From: Candidatus Obscuribacterales bacterium
GTDB lineage: Bacteria > Cyanobacteriota > Vampirovibrionia > Obscuribacterales > Obscuribacteraceae
Direction of reading: 5' to 3'
Assembly: GCA_965228855.1 (NCBI GenBank)
Contig: CBDDIJ010000002.1
Coordinates: 320,001-384,000, forward strand
DNA length: 64,000 nucleotides
Below are positions 18,357 to 30,581 of this stretch, piece by piece. The position numbers and the translations under genes were made by a program. Within the stretch, counting starts at the first letter, position 1. Every line of letters begins with the position of its first letter. The notes beneath the pieces were generated by a model. The model had not been told where the DNA came from. It made no database searches and saw nothing but the letters and a program-made list of their open reading frames with translations.

Positions 18357-20330
18357 ATGCGCGAACATCAGATCGTCATCAATCTCAAGCGCGATCAATT
18401 CGAAGAAGTTCAAAGGCTTGCCAGGCTGGCAGGCTCTAAGTCCGTTAGCGCATATCTGAAAGAACGCGTGCTGGAACTTCTAGCACCGAATGCGGAGCCC
18501 GAACCTCAGGGCGGTCCGACCCTCGAAGAGATGCTCGATATCGATCACGAGCTTTCGAGAATGCACAGAGAGCTGCAGGTGTTTATCGCAGAGTCTTTGA
18601 GCAACAGCATTTATAGCGGCGATGATGAGCTGCAAAACGAATTTGACCCGGACGATTTCGACCAAACCTTCGCGGCTTTCCAGGAGATGGAGAGAAACAT
18701 GGAGGAAGAAATCGAGCGCATGAGTTCAGCGCCCGCCACCACAGGTGGTGGCGCCACACGCTCACAACAGTCTGATACGATCAGCAACAAACCGGTTGCT
18801 CCAAGCGCTCTGAATGGTCCACAAGCTTTCAAACGCGGCGAGTCACAGCGAGCAGGCACCGCGCACCGGAATCAAACACCGGGATCGAGGCGCTCGATAC
18901 CGGTCACGCCACGCGACCAGAGCGAAGTTGATTCCGACCAGGATTATCCAATCACCGGTTTTCCTCTGGCTTCAGAAAACATTCTGGACGCTTCGGCGGA
19001 AATTCCAGGAATGGTTGAAAACGAACCAATCGTACTGCCTCCGACACCTGGAGCCAATCGTAATCGCTCAAATCAACGAATTCGAATCATCCCGTCAACG
19101 CCTCCGCCCACTGCGGAAGAACAAGCAGCCCATTGGAAAGCGCAACAGCCGCCAACTCCAGCTCAAAAGGAGTCCGGGAAGAACGAATCATTCAACGATT
19201 CGCAAAATAGAGCGAGTAAAACACCGGATGCGGGTTCGGCATCTGGCAAGACACCGGCAGCACCTACGAATACTGGCGTTCCCGACGCTCTACCACCGTC
19301 GGAATGGTCCGGACATCCGGTTTCAAATTTCGTTGAGAGCGCCGGCATTTACACCAGTGCGTCCACCGAATCAATCTGGTTTACTCCACCGACTCAGGTG
19401 GTGAGACCGGGACCGCAGCCCGAGAATGCTACTGTGGAGAACTCATCCGGCTCCGTCACCGAGGCGCACGAGCCGCTTGAGACAAACGACGCGCCGGAGC
19501 CTGACACCAGCGACACCGTATCTGGTGCCGACACAGAAGCCTCACCGATCACGCAGAGCACCGCCCCTAGTGGCACGACAATCACAGAAAATCAACCGCA
19601 CAGTCCATTCGAACAACCGAACGATGAGCTTGAGGACCTTGCGGAGCGGGCTTTCGCAATTTCACCCAGACTTGGAGCGTTTAATTCGTCACCGAACACG
19701 CCGGCGGGAATACGAAAACGACAGGTCTCAGATCCACTAGACGAACTCATCGACGGGAACATAATGGAGGAAGCGCAGCGCTTGCGAGCGTCAAATCAGA
19801 TGCCATCGTCCCCATATGATGATGGCGTCGTCTACGCCTTCGGAGGTCCAGACGAAACGAGACCCGAATTTCCGCCAGAAGGTCGCGTAAATCCGTCGTC
19901 GCTATCACCCCAGGGAAGTGGCGAACAGAGAGCACTTCTGGTGGGCGCTAGTGCTGAAAACGAAATACAAACAGTTTACGACGCAGCAACCCAAGCAGAA
20001 ACACAGCCCGTGTCGAATTCAGAAGCGCCACTGGAAGCGCAGTCTGTTTCAGATCCAAATATGTCATTCGAAGCGCAGTCGACAAGCGGCTCCTTACCTG
20101 CAGTTAGAGGCACAGAGGACGAGCCGGTCCAGCAATCGGATGGCGCAACCTCTGACGCGGACTATGCGCAATCCAGTGAAAACACGCCCCCATCTTCTGC
20201 ACCAAGCCCGGACCCCAGCGTCCTGGGAGGCCCGCCACCAAAGCGAAAGCGGACGATGGACGATTCGACTTCAGGGGACGATGACGAAATAATCAGTGGT
20301 GGTCCTCCCCCTAAACGTCGAAAAAAATGA
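18357..20330 (+). CDS. hypothetical protein: ribbon-helix-helix-like N-terminus, long acidic/Pro-rich disordered body
   Basis: QIVINLKRDQFEEVQRLARLAGSKSVSAYLKE is RHH-like; ends with GGPPPKRKR and GGPPPKRRKK. Confidence 0.7.
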   Translation: MREHQIVINLKRDQFEEVQRLARLAGSKSVSAYLKERVLELLAPNAEPEPQGGPTLEEMLDIDHELSRMHRELQVFIAESLSNSIYSGDDELQNEFDPDDFDQTFAAFQEMERNMEEEIERMSSAPATTGGGATRSQQSDTISNKPVAPSALNGPQAFKRGESQRAGTAHRNQTPGSRRSIPVTPRDQSEVDSDQDYPITGFPLASENILDASAEIPGMVENEPIVLPPTPGANRNRSNQRIRIIPSTPPPTAEEQAAHWKAQQPPTPAQKESGKNESFNDSQNRASKTPDAGSASGKTPAAPTNTGVPDALPPSEWSGHPVSNFVESAGIYTSASTESIWFTPPTQVVRPGPQPENATVENSSGSVTEAHEPLETNDAPEPDTSDTVSGADTEASPITQSTAPSGTTITENQPHSPFEQPNDELEDLAERAFAISPRLGAFNSSPNTPAGIRKRQVSDPLDELIDGNIMEEAQRLRASNQMPSSPYDDGVVYAFGGPDETRPEFPPEGRVNPSSLSPQGSGEQRALLVGASAENEIQTVYDAATQAETQPVSNSEAPLEAQSVSDPNMSFEAQSTSGSLPAVRGTEDEPVQQSDGATSDADYAQSSENTPPSSAPSPDPSVLGGPPPKRKRTMDDSTSGDDDEIISGGPPPKRRKK

Positions 20331-20481
20331 GATTTTTACCATTGTTTTAGACGTCGTCCGTCCATACTATCAAGGTGTCAAAGGACGTTTCTCTTTTGCA
20401 GGCTTGAAGGACCCCTACATCACGCAAATCGTGGTATATCAATAGGAGCGCTTCATAGTCATCCCCGCCCAGGGCAACGAC

Positions 20482-20856
20482 ATGAGAAAAGGTCTCCAAA
20501 AGCCGGACAGTGACGACTCCTCCAAGGACAAAATGTCTACCGAAGGAATCAAAGATTCAGCTTCTGACGGAAACAATGGTGTTGGTGATATGAACGCAGT
20601 GATTGAACACGAAATTGAAGCGGCCTTCGCTCTTAACGAAGGCGCGGACTGGTCCCTGACCGGTATTATGAATCATCCCTCCGGTGTGGATTTCGCGTTG
20701 CAGCAAAATCTGGCACTGATGGAGAAACAAACCAGAGATTTGATTGAAAACGGTTCCGTTGAAGATCTTCTTGCCGCTCTTGAAGAAAACACAAGGCAGC
20801 TTCAGATGCTTCAAACTCGCATGGAAGGGCGTTTGAACTGGCTCTCGGGAAGTTAG
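20482..20856 (+). CDS. hypothetical protein, C-terminal coiled coil
   Basis: 124-aa ATG ORF filling the gap between neighbours. Confidence 0.5.
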   Translation: MRKGLQKPDSDDSSKDKMSTEGIKDSASDGNNGVGDMNAVIEHEIEAAFALNEGADWSLTGIMNHPSGVDFALQQNLALMEKQTRDLIENGSVEDLLAALEENTRQLQMLQTRMEGRLNWLSGS

Positions 20857-20937
20857 AGAAACGACAAAAATTCAATTGTGATAACGGCGCTCGATATGAT
20901 TCGAGCGCCGTTGCGTTTTCCATGTTTTAAGAACGGT

Positions 20938-22542
20938 TTAGATGTAACCGACGTTCTTCTGAGAACCGGCTGGCGGCAATATTCTCAGGCGGCGCATTGG
21001 CTCGTCGCCGATGCTTCTGCTGCTGAGACTGAAGCGTTCGACAAGTTGATGTTGCAAACGGCGGATGTAACTTCTGCGAGGCGCGAGTTCCATCGGCTCC
21101 AAACGTTCCATAACCTTGTTTATCGCCTGGCGAGCCTCTTCCAGCGCCAGTTCTGTTTCATCGATATCGCCTTCGATATCGACGGAACCGATATCAGTGT
21201 CAAGATGCAACGCCTCACGCAAGACCTTTTGGATCTGCGGAAGGTTATTGCTCTTCACTACGTAAACCGGGATCTGGCGCGCGTCTGCCAGCGAGTAAAT
21301 CTTGGCACCAGTTCTCGCGTAACTCTTCAATGCCAGAATCGCATCGGCTTCGTCGATCGACTTAACCACTTCGACCGGCAAGGCGAGAGTCTTCACAACC
21401 CGCTCCAGAAGCCCTTTGCTGACAGCGTAAGGGTATATCTTCAAATGGGTTTCACTGCCACCATCAGCCGGAGGCGCTTGTTGAACCCAGTCAGATGTGA
21501 AAGCTGCAAGCCCTTCGACGTTGGCCACCACCGGCTCTACAGTGGAGACGACGGAAACCTCTCCGGTCGCGTCGTCGCGACGGCGAATTTCCGGATGGAT
21601 CTTCCAACCGCGGAGCAGTTGGTCAACCGCCTCGCCTACATTCTGATGAACAGCCAGAGTCTGACGATCAAGAATCTCTACGCAGATATCGAAAGTCGGC
21701 TGCGCCGCTCTTTCCAAAACTGTTTTTTGAGAACCGCGGCGGCGCGCTTCATCGTCGCCCAGAGTCACGGTTTGAATACCGCCGACCAAATCGACCATGA
21801 CCGGATTCTTCAACAGATTGTCGAGAGCGTTACCATGGGCGGTGCCTATCAACATGACGCCGCGCTCTGCGATCGTCCTTGCTGCCTGGGTTTCCTGCTC
21901 CGTGCCGATCTCATCGATAATGATAACTTCGGGTGTATGGTTTTCAACCGCTTCAATCATAACTGCGTGCTGCAAGTCAGGGTGCGGCACTTGCATACGG
22001 CGTGAGCGACCAATAGCCGGGTGGGGCACGTCGCCGTCGCCGGCAATTTCGTTAGATGTATCAATGACGATTACACGCTTGCCCATCTCGTCAGCGAGAA
22101 CGCGAGCCATTTCACGAAGTTTGGTTGTTTTACCTACACCAGGAGGTCCGAGGAACAAAATCGATTTCCCTGAATCAATCAAGTCACGAATGACAGTAAT
22201 GGTGCCGGTAATCGCGCGACCAACCCGGCAGGTGAGACCAATGATTTTGCCGGATCTGTTTCGAATGCAGGAGATACGATGGAGCGTTCTCTCAATCCCC
22301 GCGCGGTTATCGCCGGTAAACTCACCGAGCAACGCAATTGCCGCGACGAGGTCATCCTGGGTAACGTTGCTTTCGGAAAGATAGACGGAGTGCTTGTCGA
22401 GGTAACGAGCTTCCGGACGACGGCCAAGGTCCATAACGATCTCGTACAGACCGTTCGTGTCCTCTGCCAGGCTGTCGCGAATTCCCGGAGGCAGAATCTC
22501 CAGGAAGCTTGTTAGATCGTCAGCAGGAGGTATTTTTTCCAT
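20938..22542 (-). CDS. Ycf45/SpoIIIAA-like AAA ATPase with C-terminal R3H domain
   Basis: MDLGRRPEARY, GPPGVGKTT, IDTSNEIAGDGD, IIDEIG, RRLQH; start chosen at MEKIPP. Confidence 0.85.
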   Translation of the reverse strand: MEKIPPADDLTSFLEILPPGIRDSLAEDTNGLYEIVMDLGRRPEARYLDKHSVYLSESNVTQDDLVAAIALLGEFTGDNRAGIERTLHRISCIRNRSGKIIGLTCRVGRAITGTITVIRDLIDSGKSILFLGPPGVGKTTKLREMARVLADEMGKRVIVIDTSNEIAGDGDVPHPAIGRSRRMQVPHPDLQHAVMIEAVENHTPEVIIIDEIGTEQETQAARTIAERGVMLIGTAHGNALDNLLKNPVMVDLVGGIQTVTLGDDEARRRGSQKTVLERAAQPTFDICVEILDRQTLAVHQNVGEAVDQLLRGWKIHPEIRRRDDATGEVSVVSTVEPVVANVEGLAAFTSDWVQQAPPADGGSETHLKIYPYAVSKGLLERVVKTLALPVEVVKSIDEADAILALKSYARTGAKIYSLADARQIPVYVVKSNNLPQIQKVLREALHLDTDIGSVDIEGDIDETELALEEARQAINKVMERLEPMELAPRRSYIRRLQHQLVERFSLSSRSIGDEPMRRLRILPPAGSQKNVGYI

Positions 22543-22606
22543 TTGTTTCTCCAATTGAATTGGTGCAGCATCAGTCAGGCGAACAAATTTGAAAACCACA
22601 AGGTTT

Positions 22607-24160
22607 TCATCCCGATTCAAGTAAAACTCTTAAGTGTCCATTTATAGAAAGAACCTCATTCTGAGCCACTCTTGCGCCCGGCACACACACCGGCATCCCT
22701 GGTGGACATGGAGCGAGGCAGTCAGCGGAAATCCGACCACCGGCGTCTTTCGCAAGCGCAATTTCAGTCGACGCGAAGAATGCTTCGCGCGGTGAAATCA
22801 CTTGCTCGATCGGCTGCGGTTTAGCCACGTCTATCATCGTACCGGTCGCGGAAGCGGAAGGCAAATCGTCCAGCGCGGCAATAACAAGGTCTATATCGCT
22901 TGAAACAGTTCCAGTTCCTAACATCAGCAAGCATCCGGAACCTAAAACAGCTTCGCAAAAAATTCCGCGTTCCACGAAGAAGTTATAAAGTTGCCTGCCG
23001 GATAGTAAGGGGCTGCCAAGTAAGACGTGGAGCGGATCGACGCCGCCCTCAGGTTCGTAAATCTTGAGCTTGGAATTCGCGGCAAAGCGGATGCGTGCTC
23101 TTAGATCAAGGAGCGAATTCAGCTTTTGCAGCCCTTCTTCAGATTCATGCACGAGAATTGCCTGCTCTATAGAAGATAGCAAAACATAGCTCGGACTTGA
23201 TGTGGAAACAAGTCGCAGTGCGGCTCTAACGTCTTCAGAGGAAACGTACTTCTGGGATGCGACATGGACGGCACCCGTTTGAGTCATCGCACCGATGGTT
23301 TTATGGAACGAATGGACGACTAGATCAGCGCCCGACTGACATGCGGTAACCGGCATCAAAACGGATGTTTCACGTTTACTAAACGCCCGAGCTTGTTCGG
23401 AAACGGTCTCGGTATCGTTTGAATCTGAAACGGGAGGCTGTAAACGGTTTAGGCCAGAAAAAAAGTGCGCACCTTGCGCCTCATCAACAATGAGCGGAAC
23501 TCCGTGCTTATGCGAAACTTCGGCAAGTGTCTTGATATCACTGAGCGCTCCGGCGTAGGTCGGCGATACGACCAGGACTCCGGCGACCGCATCCGGTCTG
23601 CCTTCGCTAAGAGCGGCGTCCAGTTGCCCGGGAGTGACGTTCTGCCAGACGGCCCATTCGGAATTCCATTCTGGCTCATACCATCTCGGTTTCAGCCCAG
23701 AAAGAACCAGCGCGTGAATAACGGAACGGTGTGCATTTCTTGGGACGAGCAGTTCAGTTCCCCGTTTTGCAATAGCAAGAATCGCAGCCAACAAACCGCC
23801 GGACGCGCCGGACACAGATAGGATGCTGTTTTCCGTGCCATACAGATTAGCAACACGTCTCTCTAGATCGCGCAGAACACCGGTCGGATAGGATAGATCA
23901 TCGAGATCATCCAGCTCCGTAAGGTCGAACTCAGATGCAAAGTCGTGGAACGACGATAGCCCGGGCAAGCTCAGACGCCCTTTGTGACCGGGGATGTGGA
24001 ACGATGCGGATTCACGCTCGTTGTGCAAACAAAGATTTTTGGTCAGAGTCCCCTTCAGTATCGGCTCTTCAAACAAACGGCGAAGGTGGAATTCCCTGTT
24101 TTGCTTTTCCAGGTGGCGCTCAGGCGCTTGGCTCTGATTGTCTGTTTGAGCGTGGGGCAA
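22607..24160 (-). CDS. Orn/Lys/Arg decarboxylase, PLP-dependent
   Basis: FHIPGHKG, PRNAHRS, SPTYAG, VDEAQG, HSFHKT (PLP lysine), STSSPSY, PCPPGMP. Confidence 0.85.
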   Translation of the reverse strand: MPHAQTDNQSQAPERHLEKQNREFHLRRLFEEPILKGTLTKNLCLHNERESASFHIPGHKGRLSLPGLSSFHDFASEFDLTELDDLDDLSYPTGVLRDLERRVANLYGTENSILSVSGASGGLLAAILAIAKRGTELLVPRNAHRSVIHALVLSGLKPRWYEPEWNSEWAVWQNVTPGQLDAALSEGRPDAVAGVLVVSPTYAGALSDIKTLAEVSHKHGVPLIVDEAQGAHFFSGLNRLQPPVSDSNDTETVSEQARAFSKRETSVLMPVTACQSGADLVVHSFHKTIGAMTQTGAVHVASQKYVSSEDVRAALRLVSTSSPSYVLLSSIEQAILVHESEEGLQKLNSLLDLRARIRFAANSKLKIYEPEGGVDPLHVLLGSPLLSGRQLYNFFVERGIFCEAVLGSGCLLMLGTGTVSSDIDLVIAALDDLPSASATGTMIDVAKPQPIEQVISPREAFFASTEIALAKDAGGRISADCLAPCPPGMPVCVPGARVAQNEVLSINGHLRVLLESG

Positions 24161-24575
24161 TGCCTTCAGTGCAGCTCTTCACTGCTTTCGTTAGAGGTCA
24201 GGCCACGGGTCGCGGGATCGTAAGCCCGGCCAGTATAGCATGCGCACGCGAAAAGCCAGTCCCCCTGAGGGTTTTCACAACCCCACAAACAGATATCTCC
24301 ATGGACGATGCCGCAGATCCATTATGCGTCATAGTAGATAAGTGTCGAACAATAATTCGAAAAAACTTCGGGTTTTCCAAATTGTTAGTATCAGATTCGG
24401 TACCGCGTTAACAATGCGAGAATAACAGTGGGGCATTGGGCGCCTCCTTACGAGCCTGCCTAGTAGACGTTATGCAAGAACAGAAACCGGTATTGCGGTA
24501 GCGCCTGACGGCGCTACCCTGACCGCAAACTACAACTAAGCGACTTGTCCTACAGACACGCCGACGAAAGGCAAA

Positions 24576-24965
24576 TCAACAGGATTGACTGGCTCGGAGC
24601 GAACGAAGCTCCGACAGGCTGAGATGCAGTTCCGCTCCTCGGCCAACCAAAATCAGTCCTGAGCGCTCACCATGGGGGAAGGCGTCTTTACCGGACGCAA
24701 TCAGCGCGGCCCGCACCTGGTCACTCAGACGACAGGGAGCGATCGCCCCGTTGAAGGTTCCGTCGGTGATCAAATAGACCGAGTTGTTTCCCATGATCGG
24801 GTTGAGGGAGCTCAACTCGACGCCTGTGATCGACAGGATTTCGCCGAGATCAGCGGCAGCCCTGGAGACAACCATGTTCATCAGAGAGTTTCCTTTGTTT
24901 GAAGATGGTGCGGAGAAACGCGAGGAAGGGAGCTGCGAACAGCCACCCTTCCCCGCTTCAGTCAA
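24576..24965 (-). CDS. hypothetical protein downstream of clpC-like gene (start uncertain)
   Basis: ORF followed by hairpin GGTAGCGCC/GGCGCTACC at 24497-24518. Confidence 0.4.
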   Translation of the reverse strand: MTEAGKGGCSQLPSSRFSAPSSNKGNSLMNMVVSRAAADLGEILSITGVELSSLNPIMGNNSVYLITDGTFNGAIAPCRLSDQVRAALIASGKDAFPHGERSGLILVGRGAELHLSLSELRSLRASQSC

Positions 24966-24977
24966 ACTAGCATCGCG

Positions 24978-27466
<2,489 letters not shown>

Positions 27467-27935
27467 TTTGTTTGTCCCAAGCTGTGGCTACGGGTGTTTC
27501 CACCCAATGCCGTTCTAAGAAAGCGGTCGCCCGAAGGTGATCGCTCTTCTTGAGTTTCCTGAGAGTTCGGGCTCATCGAGAATTTTTCTCTGATGAACTC
27601 AAACACCAACACACCCACGGTGAATCAACCACCGCTGCGGCAAGAGGACCAAACCACCGGCGCGCATCCCGTCTCGAAGAGACTGGAACTCATAACTGGA
27701 GAGGCGCACAGATAGTCTGGTTACTGAAGCCGCGATATAACGTGTGAGGAAAAACAACAAGTAATTCCTGGCTATCAGATCAGAGGCCTGAGAGGCTAAA
27801 AACATATGTTACAACAAGCCTCTTTACAACCATTAACACTCAGAGCCCGCCGGCTTTTCAGGCGAAACAACAGGCGGAACGCGTGCACATGCGCATGAGA
27901 CGCGGTTCACTAACCTCGCGCTAACTAACGAATCG

Positions 27936-28339
27936 CTACTTTAAGCCGACGTATTCACACAAATCCTCCCAAGGCTCTCCGCGCATTTGTTATCGAAGAC
28001 TATCTACTATAAGCCGACGTATTCGCACAAATCCGCCTAAGGCTCTCCACGCAGCTGTTTCGAGAGCAAAGCACATCGCTCAACCCCCGCCTACTATAAG
28101 CCGACGTATCCACACAATCCTCCGAAGGCTCTCCACTCACCAGTTTCGAGAGCATCGCGCATCGTTCATTCCGCCATCCACCTTCGTTTGGCAACGAGAG
28201 AGCGCCGGAATTTTCGAATTCCGTCATAGCCAGATAGCCAAACTCGTTTTTTGATTACTGCTTTTGAAGGGGCGTTTCCTCCAAAAGCATCATTACGTCT
28301 CAGTCTCCCGCCTTAGACGTCTACCAATCCATCTAGTAG
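27936..28339. repeat. composite element with triplicated left arm (27936, 28004, 28091), palindrome 28190-28239, TCTAGTAG end
   Basis: Three copies of CTACT(A/T)TAAGCCGACGTAT...AAGGCTCTCC; boxes 99 and 100 bp from the palindrome. Confidence 0.85.
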
Positions 28340-28419
28340 TCACATTTTGAAAAAAGTGTCGCTCCGGACTTGCTTCTGCGCAAGTTTTCGGAGCGACACG
28401 TCAAAGCCTTATGTCACCG

Positions 28420-29031
28420 TCAGAGGCTGGCGGCGAGCTCCTGCAAGCGAGCGACGACGGCTTCGCGATGGGCAGCGTGGGTGACGCGACCAACCATCTC
28501 ACGAGTGCCGTTGCCCAGATTCTTCGGATTCTCCCAGCGGACGCCGGTGACAGATTCGATCTTCTTGCGAAGACCACTCTGCTTGTCCTTGAACCTGGAA
28601 GCAGTGACACCACTGATGGTGACAGTCACGATGGTGGCGCCGTCGGTGGTGTTGACCGAGACCTTCATGGAATCATGATCGGCGACGGTCGTGTTCAGCG
28701 CCTGCGGCGATGGCGTTGTCGCGAGCGAGGTTTTCGAGCCGGCGCTCAAGTTCGGAGAAACGACCTTCTCGACTTCCAGTCCGAGCGCGCCATGGGATAC
28801 TTCATCGGGAACGGCGAGACAGTCCTGGGTGAAGTCGAGCGGGCGTTTCGACACGAACAGTGCGATGAGCGCGCAGACCGCACCGACCGCAATTTGCATC
28901 GGATCGCTCAGCGTCACTTCGAACTGCTGCGCGATGGGCTGAGCCACAAACCAAGAAATTGCACCGGTGGCAACAACCGCGAACGCGCGCGTCGACCAGG
29001 TGAGAATTCGAGCTTGACGACAAGTTCTCAT
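28420..29031 (-). CDS. hypothetical membrane protein
   Basis: Two hydrophobic segments; GGAG upstream of ATG. Confidence 0.55.
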   Translation of the reverse strand: MRTCRQARILTWSTRAFAVVATGAISWFVAQPIAQQFEVTLSDPMQIAVGAVCALIALFVSKRPLDFTQDCLAVPDEVSHGALGLEVEKVVSPNLSAGSKTSLATTPSPQALNTTVADHDSMKVSVNTTDGATIVTVTISGVTASRFKDKQSGLRKKIESVTGVRWENPKNLGNGTREMVGRVTHAAHREAVVARLQELAASL

Positions 29032-29515
29032 TTAGTACTCCATCTATCTGGGTTTAGTTTTTGGGATGAAAGCTCCTCAGACCCATCGGGCTCAAGGAAG
29101 ACAGATTGAAAACGAAGTCAGGGATTTGTTCGAGTAGATACCTGAAAGGGTGAATTGGAGGAAGACAAGCGAATCTAGCCAAACAGGCTCACTCCCCTCA
29201 ACTCGCCTAAATAGAAATTTGCTTACTTGATAAATAAAAGCTCGTAATTTTATATATAGAGCAGAAGCACACACCAGATGACAAGCGCTAGCGACACCTC
29301 TTTTTGGGGATATTTACGGGGCAGCCATACCAGGCTGATCAGGTTGAAATGGCTCTAGCCGGAAGATTGTGTAGCCATCCTGAAGACGCCAACGAATGGC
29401 AGATGAAAGCAATCGACTAGCGAGGGTCGCGCGACTTGCCGCTTCTGTTGCCGCACCGGCGGAAATTGACCTCTTAGCGGTTTCACTCAGCGCAGGTCGT
29501 TTGCGCATTTGCGTT

Positions 29516-30145
29516 TCAAGACGACGAACCGAGCTGGTTCAAGTCGACCCCGTAGCCTAATAATTCGTGATGAAGCGCCTCCGGAGAGGTAAACAAAATC
29601 GCCTGCATTCCAGCTTCTCTGGCTGCAATTATGTTCTCTTCCAAATCGTCCACGAACAAACAATGTTTTGCAGCTAAACCGCTTCTAGCCATCACCTCAC
29701 CATAAATCGGCGCATCCGGCTTAGCATGTCCAACCTCGTATGACAGAATGAGTTCTTCGAAGTGCCGCGCCACATCATAGGTTTGCTGGATCCAGCCGTA
29801 ATGGTTTTCATTCGTGTTTGAGAGCAGGTAGAGTCTAAAAGCAGTTTTCAATTTGGTCAAAATCTTTACCATCTCAAGGTTTTCCACAAATGTCGCATTC
29901 CACAAAGTCGTGAATTCCGTCTCGTCAATCTCGGTTTTCAGCGCCCTGTTTAATTCGGCAAGAAACATCTCCGTGCCGATCTTTCCGGTTTCATAACCCA
30001 ACGAGCCGAGATGCCTCAACACCGGTTTGAAGTCATCGCCCTCAAAGTTCGCGCGCTTGCAGAAGCCCGCACAGACTGCCGACCAATCGAAATCGATTAG
30101 TACGTGACCCATATCGAAGGCAAAAAGTTTGATTTCGCTTGCCAT
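29516..30145 (-). CDS. HAD-superfamily phosphatase (YihX-like)
   Basis: FDMGHVL, LLSNTN, KPDAPIY, FVDDLEEN. Confidence 0.85.
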   Translation of the reverse strand: MASEIKLFAFDMGHVLIDFDWSAVCAGFCKRANFEGDDFKPVLRHLGSLGYETGKIGTEMFLAELNRALKTEIDETEFTTLWNATFVENLEMVKILTKLKTAFRLYLLSNTNENHYGWIQQTYDVARHFEELILSYEVGHAKPDAPIYGEVMARSGLAAKHCLFVDDLEENIIAAREAGMQAILFTSPEALHHELLGYGVDLNQLGSSS

Positions 30146-30254
30146 TTATTGAAATTCTGCCTCCATCCCACGTCCGTTCGTCCATACAACACGAACCGTT
30201 CAAACCATTGCCCGGTCAGGGCTTTTATAGCGTCTATTTTACTCGCCCAGACTT

Positions 30255-30506
30255 GTCTATCGTACGATGACAGATTTCCGAATATCCGGCATCGTGGGAT
30301 AGACAAGATGGGTAGTGCATCACGGATGTAAGGGCAAAACAGCCGTGGACACTACATTCTAGCGCTTACCGCTTATGCTGTCTTATAGTAGATAAGGAAT
30401 CCGGCATCGGGGGATAGACAAGATGGGTAGTGCATCACGGATGTACGGGCGAAACAGCCGTCGGCACTGGATTCTAGCATTTAAAACATATGCTGTCTTA
30501 TAGTAG
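30255..30506. repeat. palindrome 30255-30304 plus tandem duplication of its right half and arm
   Basis: ~30284-30391 repeated at ~30399-30506; both copies end TATAGTAG 87 bp from ATAGAC. Confidence 0.85.
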
Positions 30507-30523
30507 ACAAAGTCTGAAAAAAA

Positions 30524-30569
30524 TCAACTAACGGACAGCACCACTTGTGGTGGCGCTGCCGTTAGTTGA
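30524..30569 (-). terminator. intrinsic terminator of peptidase gene
   Basis: TCAACTAACGG...CCGTTAGTTGA stem next to an A-run (U-tract on the minus strand). Confidence 0.65.
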
Positions 30570-30581
30570 AACGCTTGCCGT

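Noticed and set aside
24325..24470. TAGTAG boxes near 24332 and 24461 as part of a composite element
   Set aside because: They lie downstream of a GC-rich block as expected, but I found no 50-bp palindrome at the phased distance, so they were not counted.
27936..28170. Possible CRISPR array
   Set aside because: Only three units, the intervening sequences are homologous rather than unique spacers, and no cas genes are present.
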